Below, one piece after another: positions 24,812 to 38,130 of a DNA stretch of 64,000 nucleotides; the first letter of the stretch is position 1, and each line of letters starts with the position of its first letter. Position numbers and translations under genes: made by a program. Origin of the DNA: Squalus acanthias (Eukaryota); assembly GCA_030390025.1 (NCBI GenBank), contig CM059438.1, positions 66,094,001 to 66,158,000 on the forward strand, read 5' to 3'. The notes under the pieces are model-generated. The model was not told the DNA's origin. It ran no database searches and worked only from the letters and a program-made list of their open reading frames with translations.

Positions 24812-25585
24812 TTACAAAACCAAAATACTGCGGATGCTGGAAATCTGGAATAAAAAGAGAAAATGCTAGAAATACTCAGCAGGCCAAGGAGGGAGAGAAA
24901 AAAAGTTAACATTTTAGGTCGATGAACTGGAAGAAGTTAGAGATATGACAGGTTTTAAGCAAGTACAGGGGCAGAGAAAGCAAGGAGGGGAAGAAAGAAC
25001 AAAAGGGAAGGTCTGTGATTGGGTGGAAGGCAGGAGAGATTAAATGACAAAAGGGATGACGGTGCAAGGCAAAAGGGGATGGTAATGGGACAAGTAAAGA
25101 AACAAAAGATGGGTCTAGAGGAGCTGTAAATGGCAACAGCAGAATCATTACCAACAGCTGCTGCTCGAAAAAATGGGAGCAATGGTTATGATCTGAAATT
25201 GTTGAACTAAACGTTGAGTCCGGAAGGCTGTAAAGTGCCTAATTGAAAGATGAGGTGCTGTTCCTTGAGCTTCCGTTGAGCTTCATTAGAGCAGTGCAGG
25301 AGGCCAAGGACAGAGAGGTCAGAGTGGGGCGGAGAATTAAAATGGCAGGTGACCAGAAGCCCTGGGTCACGCTTGCGGACTGATCGGAGGTGTTCCACAA
25401 AGCGATCAACCAATTTGCGTTTGGTCTCCCCAATGTAGAGGAAACTGCATTGTGAGCAGCGAATACAGTATACTAAATTGCAAGAAGTACAAGTAAATCG
25501 CTGTTTCACCTGGAAGGAGTGTTTGGGGCCCTGGACGGTGGGAAGGGAGGAGGTAAAACGGCAGGTGTTGCATCTCCTCGCTTCC
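24812..25585 (-). mobile_element. Penelope-like retroelement 3' portion with GIY-YIG endonuclease
   Basis: ORF 25207-25509 reads FTCTSCNLVYCIRCSQCSFLYIGETKRKLVDRFVEH...HFN...GLNV, a PLE GIY-YIG domain with CxxC. The terminal sequence is shared with 60177-60280. Confidence 0.9.
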
Positions 25586-27440
25586 CACCATCCTAATGGG
25601 TTTATTCTTGCTCAACACTTTCATTTGAATTGTGTAAGCAGCACCGTGGTTTTATTGATGTAAAATGGACCTGCCCAGGAGAGTCTGAGAAGATTCACCC
25701 ACGGCAGTTTACATCGTCACATATGTCAGATTGTGGCGCCCATATTGTTTGGATAAAACTCTTGCAAGGGGTTAGTTATAATCGTGACGACTGCAAGACG
25801 GTCCTATTCAGACATAATGGGCTAGGCTTTCTGCCTTCCCCTGCCAATTTTGCAAGGCATCTGAAGAAGGCAGCAGTGGACAGCAACTTGTACACATTGG
25901 GCTTCATTCCCCCCCCTCCCTCCTTCTTCCATCAAGCCAGCTGCGACAGCAGAAACTGCATGGGTCCATATGTGAGTGGGCATACGCTTACTAAATGCAG
26001 ATGAGGCAAACACAGCCTCCACCATGTTTTCTGCCATTTGCACTGCAAAACACCGGATGCTGGGGCTGCGTATTAGGTCCCGACTTTCAAAATCCAGAAG
26101 TCGGCAAAGGGGGCTCCAAGCTGGCCAAGAATGCCACCCTGCACAGACACCGTCAGGTAAGAGCGAGATTCTCCATAAATGTTTTCGATGGGCAGCTGAT
26201 TGGTCACCACTTTTTACCACAGGAGCAGGCCCACACTGGAAGGACTCCTCCACTGAGGCTAAGGACAATGCTCCTGGCAGTAATGACCCTAGGGCTGGAA
26301 AACTGGCTGGATTCAGGGGCGGCATCTCGGGTGGAAGCAAAAGTACCCAGCACCTCATTTGACCAGCGAAATGGCCCAGCAGAAAGCCCATGCCGACATC
26401 TCTGTCTATCGTCACGGTCCCCTCCACCTTCCATCGGAGGCGTGCAGTTGTGTTGTCCTTAGCAACCACGCGCACCTCCAGTACTGCTGATCACTGGCAC
26501 GTCTCACATCTCCAGTTTGCAAATGTCACACAATCCTTTCCAGTCCGGTCATTGATCGAATTTTGCAGTGAAGTTACATGAGTGCAAATTTATGCAGAAC
26601 TGACCAGTTCCAATGTGGTAATGAAATGAAAGTGAAATGTTGACTGTGGAACCAGTATCAACTGAGCAAGCATGAAATTTACGGGCAGAATTAGAAAACT
26701 TAAGCAAGTGCCATCCTTAACTCTTCATGCTTTGTTTATTAAAGACAACCTCGGTGGACTAAGAATACATTCCTTAATATCTCAGGATAGCTACAAATGA
26801 GAAAGGTCTGGAAAACAGGTCAGACAATTTGAAATTAATTTTCTCAAATGTAATAAAATCATTAAAACCTCAGCATGCCTCAGTTCCCCCGTGGCAGAGA
26901 GTGAGATGACAGAAACTGTTAAATTGCACCTGTTCACGTGTTTGTACTGCAATTAATAAAAATGCAAACGATGATTGAAATTCACAGACATGCAATCCTG
27001 CAAGCAGACAGAACCCACACTAAGTTCCATTGGTGCTCATTCAAACTGTTCAGCCGAGCTTTAGCTAATGGTGGACAACCCACATGTAGCTTGATTGGAA
27101 AATATAAGTGGGTGTAGTACCCATTATATAGTACCAGGCAGTGCCTCGGGTAACAATAAGAGCAATGTTAACACGGAATACCCTGCTCCGACAAGGCTGA
27201 TTTGATAGAGCAAATTCTTATGACAGGGTATATTGTTGCTATAAAAATGTATCTTTTCTATATCTATAGATGGACCATCAGTGTTCCTGATTATTAAACA
27301 GTCAAGGGGACTTGCAGTATGTTTTTAGTTTAAATGGGTAAGTGCTGATGAGGAATGACCACATCAAAGGAACTGGCTTAGCCACAGTTCTTGAGTCTGA
27401 CGGTGAGTGGCAGTGGAACTAGCATCAGCAGAGAGGCAGT

Positions 27441-28793
27441 CATAGAATCATAGAATGGTTACAGCACAGAAGGAGGCCATTTGGCCCGTCGAGCCCGTGC
27501 CGGCTCTCTGCAAGAGCACTTCAGCTAGTCCCATTCCCCCGCCCTTTCCCCGTAGCCCTGCAATTTTTTTTCCTTCAGCTACTTATCCAACTCCCTTTTG
27601 AAAGCCACAATTGAGTCTGCCTCCACCATCCTTTCAGGCAGTGCATTCCAGATCCTAACCACTCGCTGCGTAAAAAAGTTTTTCCTCATGTCGCCTTTGG
27701 TTCTTCTGCCAGTCACCTTAAATCTGTGTCCTCTGGTTCTCGACCCTTCCGCCAATGGGGACAGTTTCTCTATCTACTCTGTCTAGACCCCTCATGATTT
27801 TGAACACCTCTATCAAATCTCCTCTCAACCTTCTCTGCTCTAAGGAGAACAACCCCAGCTTCTCCAGTCTATCCACGTAACTGAAGTCCCTCATCCCTGG
27901 AACCATTCTTATAAATCTTTTCTGAACCCTCTCGAAGGCCTTCTCATCCTTCCTAAAGTGCTCAATACTCCATCTGAGGCCAAACCAGTGTTTTACACAG
28001 ATTCATCATAACTTCCTTGCTTTTGTACTCTATGCCTCTATTTATGAAGCCCAGGATCCCGTAAGCTTTTTAACCGCTTTCTCAACCTGCCCTGCCACCT
28101 TCAACGATTTGTGCACATATACCCCCAGGTCTCTCTGTTCATGCACCCTCTTTAGAATTGTATCCTTTAGTTTATATCGCCTCTCCTCGTTCTTCCTACC
28201 AAAATGTATCACTTCGCACTTTTCTGCGTTAAATTTCATCTGCCACGTGTCCGCCCATACCACCAGTATGTCTACGTCTTCTTGAAGTCTATCACTATCC
28301 TCCTCACTGTTCACTATACTTCCAAGTTTTGTGTCATCTGCAAATTTTGAAATCGTGCCCTGTACACCCAAGTTTAAGTCATTAATATATGTCAAGAAAA
28401 GCAGTGGTCCTAGTACCGACCCCCTGGGGAACGCCACTGTATATCTTCCTCCAGTCCGAAAAACAACCGTTCACCACTACTCTCTGTTTCCTGTCACTTA
28501 GCCAAATTTGTATCCATGCTGCCACTGTCCCTTTTATTCCATGGGCTTCAACTTTGCTGGCAAGCCTATTATGTGGCACTCTGTCGAATGCCTTTTGGAA
28601 GTCCATGTACATCACATCAACTGCATGGCTCTCATCAACCCTCTCTGTTACCTCATCAAAAAACTCGATCAAGTTAGTTAAATACGATTTGCCTTTAACA
28701 AATCCGTGCTGGCTTCCCTTAATCAATCCATACTTGTCCAAGTGACTGTTAATTTTGTCCCTGCTTATCGTTTCTAAAAGCTTCCCCACTACC
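27441..28793 (-). mobile_element. CR1 LINE 3' portion (young)
   Basis: [32 protein letters not shown] and tail catagaatcatagaat. Confidence 0.95.
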
Positions 28794-31700
28794 GAAAAAA
28801 AAGTAATTAACCTGGATGGTTCAGCAAGCTTGCAGTTTCCACTGTGCATATGGATTCAACTCCCCTTTGCCCTGTGGGGCTCATGACTTCTGCGTAGGAT
28901 GCCTTCAGCCTTGCTGCATACTGTGCTGTTTTACTCCAAGGCAGCGTGGGAATCTACCCGTGCAGTAGGCCTCCGCCAACAGCTTAACCAGAAGAAAACT
29001 GAGAGAGTAAGCTGAAGGCACCACGTCGAGAGGCATATTCTCCCCTCCTCCCCCCATCAAGTCAGTGAGGTCTGCTGTCACATGATTCCATGTGTACCAA
29101 AAGTGCACTGCTACCACACTCAGCTCACCATTCTAGACGGCTAAATGTTGTCAAGTTTCTTAAAGATGGGTAACAGCAAAGGATCAGGAAAGGTGTTCTT
29201 TATTGGCAATTAAATAAAAACAAATCCTTTTGAATTTCAAGTTGAATTTTTGATGTCAAAACCTGGGTTGAAAATCAGTGGGGTTAAAAATTAACTCCAA
29301 AAACCTGGATTAATTTGTAGAAAATCAATTTAGAACATCAAAGGAAATGTTCACAGTTATTTAAATAGATTGGAGCGTGCATTGCAGCAATCCATTAGAG
29401 ATTCAGCAATGTCCCGTATTCTAGGTAAACCACTCCCAGAGCACAGAACAGTGCCACAATACCAAGTGTGAGGTAAATAATAATTTGGATGAGCAGTACA
29501 GAAAGAAAGATATTAAATTCTATAGTTTCTTTTTCAAAAAGCTTTTTGGGTTGCCACAACTTCAGGCAAGAACAGAAGGTCTTTTCAGGGTCACTAATCT
29601 ATTTCTTCATGAAGCCAAGCGCAAAGTGTTCTTCAGTTATTTAAGTGAAATGCAACTTTGCCGCAGTGAAGCTTTTTTTTCTTCTTCTTTCTGCCTCCCT
29701 CCAGCATATAATAAAATTGTATTATTATGTGCAAAGTAGCCTATAATGAATTGTAAAAATATTCAGATAACCTCACGATGTGGCTGGGAAAAACACCAAT
29801 AAATAGAATTGGAAAGAGGCCAAGTGGTCTGCAATTTTTTTATTAAAAAAATGTAGATTCACTTTTCGTGCACATAAATTATTACTGGCGGAGAAGGAGA
29901 GAGACTCGCATACAGAGCAAACACGGCTGCCACTGCTGCAACACCCTGAAGTCAAAACTCACTTCAGGACTCCATTGACAGAATTTGGTGCTGATAATCC
30001 ACCCGCGTCCATTTTGTTTGTGACGTCTTCACACTTATTGTATATTGTACTTGTCATACATCACACAATGCATGTGATGGCGTCATGACATCCAGCATGA
30101 AGACCGGGGATTGCTTTATGGTAAAACTGGGAGAGAATCAGGTTTTGCCAATCCAACGATGGTGGCAATTGGTAAAAATTGACTTAAAGGATCCCTAGCG
30201 GCAAAACAGCCTAGTCAGGCCTTGTCCACATCTCTGGACTTCAGTGGGAATCATTGGATGGTGATCAGGAGCAGGCCTGGTGATTACTTTCTCCCTTCAC
30301 TGAGGTAGGGAAGCACAGGCCCTGATTACAGTCATTTACCTCAGTAGGACCAAGTCTGGTAACTTCCTGGGTCTGAAAGCTCAGTAATGCACTGGATGGT
30401 ACATTTACCTGTTGGTCATTTGGAGAGCTATTAAAGTGTACGCCATGGAAAAATTACCCAATATTTTTTGCAAACAGTGAACACCCAAGTACAACGCAAA
30501 ATGCTTTGTTTATAGCCATTTGGCTGTCACTGCATTTGTGTTTCATTCAGAAATAGAGGGTGGCAAATGGTACGAAAAGCCCAACAACACTTTGTCCTTG
30601 AGGCTACCTTCACCTGAGAAGAGCTCACGACTGGTCATTCGCTGTGTGTGTGTGGGGTGTGGCAGTGGGGGTGTTCTTTTAGTTGGATTTTTGTGCTCAT
30701 CAAAGTTGGTGATATCGACGCCAAGGAAGTGAAGACTTTTTTCACCTCAAATCAGCAGCACCCAGCATTGCCAGGTCCAAAAATGTCTGGCTGGGAACAG
30801 GAGTGGAGGTGAAGTAAAGAAATAGACTGAACTATTCAAATATTCCATGGGATACAGTGATTCTGATTGGGTGGAGGGTAGATTTGAACAGTGGAGATGT
30901 GGGAACAGATTAATTTTCTGGTATTTTTCCTAATGACGCTTACCAACAGGGGAATATTTATGCAGAATTTGCCTTCAGAAAGTTAATTAGGTGGGGTAGA
31001 GTCCACAATATGGTCAACAGCAGTGTGTAGAAGAAATGGGTTTGATGGCTAAATAACCTTGTTTCCTTGAAGTCTTGGAGTAAATCTCCTACAAAACCAC
31101 AATGTGCCTTAACCAAATTTCAGAAAAGTCTAACGTTGCAATATTCCATTCCCCGCACCATCCATTTGGATGTACAGTAAGACAGTCTCTCGGGTGCTCA
31201 TTTATACTGGATTATCAGTGAATTTTGTGCTAGCAATGAATGCCCATGAGGTACTGAATTGAGACTGATCTGTATCCTAATTTCATATAGTTCAATTAAA
31301 GCCTTCTGTGAGAGGAAATCCAATCAATCGGTGCTGGATTTGGACCCAGGTCCCAGAGGTGAAAGTTGAACTTGACCCATCTTCCATCATCTAAGTCTCC
31401 TGTCAGTGTTGCTGTTGTTTGTACCTTGATTCATTATGCAATTAATTCTCCCCTGCCACTTATACTCGGCCCATTGTTTAATTATTTATAAGTAAAGTAC
31501 CAACTGTAATTGAAATTTATTTTCAATTGTAATTGAAATTCCTTTTTCTTTGCTCTGACATGGCAAGTCTGTTTAATTCTGCGGCCATGTTACCTGCTTG
31601 ACTTTGCTGTTTGGCCTCTGCTGCGCAAGATATGGTGGTACAATGGCAACATGCTTTGGTTTACAAATGTTGCATCTGCTGAAAAACTCGACCAAATACG

Positions 31701-33596
31701 GATATTCATTTTATATTTGTTCAGCTTTCTGGACATGAAAAGCACTTTCTACAACCTGACAGCGAGGGTAGATAATGATAACGTATTATTGGCTGAATAT
31801 GTACTTTGCGGTTACATCATAATAACATGTTGAAGTGCTTATCAGTTCAGTTGGAGTCGCACAGTGTGTTTCACTGTGGTTGGAGTCATTTGGCACTTGG
31901 TCAAATTTGCTGTGCGTCTTTATTTTGCTAATATCAATTGTGTGTTTCAAGGCAGACACATGTATCTTGATATTCAAGTGGCATCTCCACCCGTCAAATT
32001 CAGATCTGGTGGATTATGTCATCTGATGCCTTTGACAAGTGAATAGCATTTCAAATCATTTCCAGGTATTTGTTCCATATGTACTTTCAAAATCAACAAA
32101 GTGGTTTTAGAAAGAAAGCGAGGGGGGGTGGGGAAGCAAAAAAGAAAATTATTTAACGCTTCATCTTGTGTCGCAGAGACGTCCCAAAGCACATCACAAA
32201 CGGTGAATTGGTTTGAAGTGCAATCACTGTTGTTTATAGATGAAGTAAGTGGATGAGTGTTGCTTGTTGAAATGATTGCCCTCCGATTTCAAGGAACTTT
32301 AGAAGTATTTTTGCACTAGAGTCCAGATTGTTACAGTTTTTTTTTTATTTGTGTTCATAACACCACCTCAGCCAATTAACCCCAACACAACAGTTGCCCA
32401 ATAGTGCGGCATGGAGACTGAAAGTACATGGTTTTCAGACCCCTGAATTGCACTAGAGAACAGAAATCTGCTAAAAATGGAAAGCAGCAGCCTGCTTGAT
32501 TCAGTTACCTGCCTTCCCTTCCGTTTCAGTGGAGGGTCCTCTAAATTGTACATTGTGACTATTAGTGGATGGTTTGGAGGAATCTCTGCTCAAGAGGTGC
32601 CTTGCTGTTGTGTCATAGTTTTTCAGTAGCCTAACTTCCTGCCTCCTGCACAATCTCCACTGTTGGGTAGGTTGGCTGGTAGTTTGCAGCAGATGATATA
32701 TTTGCCACTGCTGAACACTTTCAATCCTTTGTGAGAGGGTTTGTTTTTAGTATAATTTATGGCAGCAGATGATATCAGTGATGCAACAATGTCATCACAT
32801 CACTCGCCTCTCTTCAAAATCTGACATCCTGTTCAAAACTTCATTGGATGTCAATACCTTCCCCACCGACAAACCCCCCTCCATTTTCTCCTGAAGGCAT
32901 TGCCTCTTGTTGGCAGGCACTGGAAGCATCCTGATACCTCACCCAAATGACGATTCTTCACGTGTGAGCCTAGACCATGAGTTTTGACAGGTTGTGGAGA
33001 GCATCCCAGCCAAGTACAATTCTGTCCTCACCTGCCGTTCACACACATTAGACACTCTTACACCCTGTGTGGTCCAGTAAATGCTTGATTGTCAGTTCCA
33101 ATTAAACCAATCTGGTGCTTAAAAATGCTTGTACCTTCCGCACTAATGTGGTAAATATAACAGGTACAAGTGTCAGGCAGGATTGAGGACTGCGTGGTGT
33201 ACTGGATTAAGTACATTGATGCTATACCTCTGAGATCTGGCTTTAAATTCAGCCCAGTCTGATCATATCAAAGTCTACTGTGTCTGTTGGCTGCAAGGGC
33301 CCAATTGACATGAGTTAGGCATCTCAACTGAACTCCTGGTGGATATGGTTCCAAAGCAGAAAAGTTGGTAGCAAATTGGCAACACCATTCTTCAAGGCCT
33401 GGTGGTTTTTGTAGGAGATAGGAAATGTCCGACTGACCGGTTGGGGTGCTCCTCTGAAGTTGAGGTTAAGGAAAGGAAGAGAAAAATGAATAGGCCGAGG
33501 ATTTTGTTACACACGACAAATTGCATTTATAATTCTGAATTTAATATTATGAAATTCCCTGATGGATTGAGGAGGAGTGACTGAAAGCTTGGTTGT

Positions 33597-34025
33597 GATG
33601 TGGAGATGCCGGTGTTGGACTGGGGTGGACAAATGTGAGAAGTCGCACAACACCATGGCAACACGGTGGCATAGTGGTTAGCACTGTTGCCTCACAGCAC
33701 CAGGGACTCGGGTTCGAATCTGGCCACGGGTGACTGTGTGGAGTTTGCACATTCTCCCCGTGTCTGCGTGGGTTTCCTCCGGGTGCTCCGGTTTCTTCCC
33801 ACAGTCCAAAGATGTGTGGGTTAGGTTGATTTGGCTATGATAAATTGACCCTTAGTGTTAGGGGGGATTAAATACGTGGGGTTACGGGGATAGGGTGGGA
33901 TATGTGTCGGTGCAGGCTCGATGGGCCGAAATGGCCTCTATCTGCATTGTGGGGATTCTGTGATAGTCCAACAGTTTTATTTGAAATCACAAGTTTTCGG
34001 AGCGCTGCTCCTTCGTCAAGTGAAG
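33597..34025 (-). mobile_element. second Penelope-type hammerhead repeat, split by an HE1 SINE
   Basis: 33597-33655 and 33964-34025 join to reproduce 7648-7773. Confidence 0.75.
33657..33963 (+). mobile_element. HE1 (V-SINE) elasmobranch SINE
   Basis: A box tggcatagtgg, B box ggttcgaatc, V-domain gtgtggagtttgcacattctccccgtgtctgcgtgggtttcctccgggtgctccggtttc, CR1-like tail gatgggccgaaatggcct...attctgtgat. Confidence 0.9.
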
Positions 34026-35200
34026 CTTGGTCAAAGAGATGAGTTTTAGGAAGGTTTTCAAAGATGAGCGAGAAGTGAAGAGGCATAGGAATTTTGCGAG
34101 GGGGATCCAAAGAGTAGGATTCAGGCAGCTGAAGGCTCTGCCACTAATGACGAGAGATGAAAAAGAGGCCAAAGGCAGAGGTATGGAGTATTCAGGGGTG
34201 GGGGGGAGCATGAAGGTCTGAAGGAAATTGCAGCGATGAGGTGGGGTGGGATCATGTAAGGATTTGTAGATGAGAATGAGAATTTTAAATTTAATGCATT
34301 GTGGGATGGGCAGCTAGTGTAGATCAGCAAGGAAAAGGTGATGGGTGAATGGGACCAGGATATGAGCACCACTATATGGAGGGTGGAGCATGGATAAACC
34401 AGGAAGGAGATAACTGAAATAGTCAAGTTGAGATACAAAAGCATTGATCAGGGTTTCAGCAGCAGAGGGGCTATGATATGGGCAGAGGCGGCACTGTTGC
34501 AGAGTTGAAAGTATGCAGTCTTGATGATGGGAATGATGTGGGGTTTAAAGCTCAGCTCAGCGATGAGCAGAACACCAAGATTATGAATGGTCTGGTTTAC
34601 CCTCAGAGAATGACTGGGGAGGTGGGTGGAGTACATGGGAGGGAAATGGGGGCAGTCAGTGGGGTTGAGAGAAGTAGTGAAGAGGTAGTGCTGGGTAACA
34701 TCGGCATATATTTGGAAACTGGCCTGTGCCTGTGGATGGTGTCACTGAGGAGCAGCATATAGATAAGGAAGAGGAGGGCACTAAGGATGAACCCTAGAGG
34801 TGAATATTTGGGGGAGGGAAAAGAAGCCCATTGCTGGTAATGAGGTTGTTGTGGTCAGATAGGTAGGAATGGAATCATGAAAAGGCAGTCCCATGGAGTT
34901 GAACATCAGAAGAGCGGCATTGAAGAAGGATGGAAACTGAGGAAAGATTGAAGAGACCAAGGCAGGATAATGTTTCATGAACTTAGCTGCAGCCACAGTG
35001 GATATCACTAATGACTTAAGCTATGGCCGTTTTAATGCAGTGAGAAGGGCAGAAGCTGGACTGGATGGGTTTTAAAAGGAAGTTACAGGAGATGGGCATA
35101 GAATGAGCGGGCATTCAAAGAACTTATAGAGGAAAGAAAGATATAAGATGGAGTAAGGGTGGCTTTTGAAGTGGGGAGGGTGGTGATGGTAGCAGTTTTG
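34026..35200 (-). mobile_element. old L2 LINE fragment
   Basis: Reverse-strand L2 ORF2 remnants (NLGVLLIAELSFKPHI..IKTAYFQL; KTHLFDQA), similar to 58636-59216. Confidence 0.7.
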
Positions 35201-35899
35201 AAGAGAAGAAGGACACAAAACACAGTGGAAATCTTAGTCGGTTGTTGGTCCAGAGTACAGGGAGTTTACCATGTGCATCTAACTATACCAGAGTTCTTGA
35301 TGCTGATACAACATGCCAAAAATTAAAAAAAACTGTTTCATTCCCCAACAATAACATCCTTCACCTTCAATTCATGCAGAGGCACATGGAATTAATATTT
35401 ATTTGATAAGCCATCAAATGATATATTATTTGAATAAACTGTAAATTGAAGACAGGTACTGTTTTATGAAACTTCAGTATTAGAATCCAGGATATTGCCT
35501 GTTGACTGTAAATGGAAGAGTAAAGGCTTGAGAATTGCACGTAAATTAAATACTGGTGATTGATGGTTTGAATTTTACTTGCCCTTCCAGTGACCAATAC
35601 ATTTTTGTGAGAATGTGCAGGCACAGATCTTGCACAGCCTTGTTGGCTGGCCTGTGTTAGCAATGAGAAAGTATCCTGTCCAAAGAGATTGATGGCAAAT
35701 GGAGCAGGCAGTTTATTAAACACAGAATACCAACACAGTATTCTGAGTCGGCATGGTAAGAATGTTAGAGGGCATGTATCAGCAACCTCCGGAACTGAAA
35801 GGATCCTACCAACTGATAGCTAGTGGTGTTTTTGTAATAAAAGCATTAATATTGCAACTCATCATAGCTCTCCACAGTGTCTCAAAAAGTGATCCACAT

Positions 35900-36140
35900 C
35901 CACTGAGTTACTGCAAAAGCCAGTGACTGTTATTATGTAGGCAAATACAGCAGCCATTCTTGCACACAGCAAGATCCAACAAATAACGAAAGAGATTATT
36001 ATTGGCCTATTAATTTGCTTTTGGTGCTGTTGGTCGGGACACCTGGAATGCTCCCTGCTCTTCTTTGAATAGTGCTATGGCAGATGGCGCCTCACTGTAA
36101 CATCCCATCCTTTGACGAGATCAGACCGGGCAATGGTGTT
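35900..36140 (-). mobile_element. SacSINE1-like fragment
   Basis: cagccatt..tgcacacagcaagatcc...ctccctgctcttctttgaatagtgctatgg. Confidence 0.6.
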
Positions 36141-36564
36141 ACTCCCAGGACTGGAAATTGTTCGATAAATATGGTGGAATTCCATTATGTATTTCAAGTT
36201 TGTGAGACTGAGAATACTTTCAGTTACAACCCAGACTGAGCCGACTGCAATTATTTGGATGTTGCACACCAATGTTTAGTGTCTGATAATAAGTGCGGAA
36301 AGTGCTCCTGGTGTTTTTACAGACCTTGTACAGAACAGGATGAGGATAATGTTCCTGGCCCCTCCAGTCTGAGGCAGGTCTGCTTAAATGCCTCTAAGGT
36401 ACCAGAATGCAGCTTTCTGTGGTATATGCTGTTGAATTAGTGCGCATAAGGCAATGATGAATGACATGCCAAAAATACCAATCCTGCATTCTACTTCATT
36501 TTAATTGAACCCCTTTTTATGTAACATCACTTTAAAGGCATATTAATATTAAACGGGTAGTAAA

Positions 36565-38130
36565 AGGTAGTAAGAGCCGATTAGGGACGAAATTTGAGAA
36601 CTACGCATGGAGGCAGAGGGCATGGCTGAGATACTAAATAAATACTTTGCATCTGTCTTCCCCAAGGAAGAAGGTGCTGCCAAAGTCATAGTGAAAGAGG
36701 AGGTAGTTGAGATACTGGATGGGATAAAAATTGATAAAGAGGAAGTACTAGGCCAGTCAGTTTAACCTCGGTAGTGGGGTAGCTTTTAGAAATGATAATC
36801 CGGGACAAAATTAACAATCACTTGGACAAGTGTGGTTTAAATAAGGAAAGCCAGCACGGATTTGTTAAAGGCAAATTGTGTTTAACGAACTTGATTGAGT
36901 TTATTGATGAGGTAACAGATAGGGTTAATGAGGGCAATGCGGTTGATGTAGTGTACATGGACTTCCAAAAGGCGTTTGATAAAGTGCCACATAATAGACT
37001 TGACAGCAAAGTTGAAGTCCATGGAATAAAAGGGACAGTGGCAGCATGGATATGAAATTGGCTAAGTGACAGGAAACAGAGAGTAGTGGTAAACGGTTTA
37101 TTTTCGGACTGGAGGAAGGTATACAGTGGTGTTCCCCAGGGGTCGGTACTAGGACCACTGCTTTTCTTGATATATATTAATGACTTAGACTTGGGTGTAC
37201 AGGGCACTGTTTCAAAATTTGCACAAAACTTGGAAGTATAGTGAACAATGAGGAGGATAGTGATAGACTTCAAGAGGACATGGACAGGCTGGTGGAATGG
37301 GCGGACATGTGGCAGATGAAATTTAATGCAGAAAAATGTGAATTGAGACATTTTGGTAGGAAGAACGAGGAGAGGCAATGTAAACCAAAGTGTACAATTT
37401 TAAAGGGGGTGCATGAACAGAGAGACCTGGGGGTACATGTGCACAAATTGTTGAAGGAGGCAGGGCAGGTTGAGAAAGCGGTTAAAAAAGCATAAGGGAT
37501 CCTCGGCTTCATAAATAGAAGCATAGAGTACAAAAGCAAGGAAATTATGATGAACCTTTATAAAACACTGTTTCGGCCTCAACTGGAGCATTGTGTCCAA
37601 TTCTGGGCACTGCACTTTAGGAAAGATGTGAAGGCCTTAGAGAGAGTGCAGAGAAGATTTATAAGAATGGTTCTAGAGATGAGGGACTTCAGTTACATGG
37701 ATAGAATGGGGAAGCTGGGGTTGTTCTCCTTAGAGCAGAGAAGGTTGAGAGGAGATTTGATAGAGGTGTTCAAAATCATGAGGGGTCCAGACAGAGTAGA
37801 TAGAGAGAAACTGTTCCCATTGGCAGAAGGGTCGAGAACCAGAGGACACAGATTTAAGGTGATTGGCAGAAGAACCAAAGGCGACATGAGGAAAAACTTT
37901 TTTACGCAGCAAGTGGTTAGGATCTGAAAGGCACTGCCTGAAAGGATGGTGTAGGCAGATTGAATTGTGGCTTTCAAAATGGAATTGGATAAGTATCTGA
38001 AGGAAACAACTTTGCAGGGCTACGGGGAAAGGGCGGGGGAGTGGGACTAGCTGAAGTGCTCTTGCAGAGAGCCAGCACGGGCTCGACGGGCCGAATGGCC
38101 TCCTTCTGTGCTGTAACCATTCTGTGATTC
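36565..38130 (+). mobile_element. CR1 LINE 3' portion (young; inverted relative to 27441-28793)
   Basis: [36 protein letters not shown], and the same 3'UTR as the 27441 copy. Confidence 0.95.

Noticed and set aside
25822..26475. Longest ORF (217 aa, minus strand) as a novel gene
   Set aside because: No recognisable domain, it overlaps a repeated block, and several overlapping frames are open in GC-rich DNA.
27344..27375. Other CTGATGA words as hammerheads or C/D snoRNA boxes (also 14966, 42396, 52683)
   Set aside because: No stem II-GAAA arrangement and no terminal stem with a matching partner box.
33657..33730. tRNA gene (also at 6811, 21994 and 1440-1514)
   Set aside because: The A/B boxes are SINE heads that continue into SINE bodies, with no complete cloverleaf.
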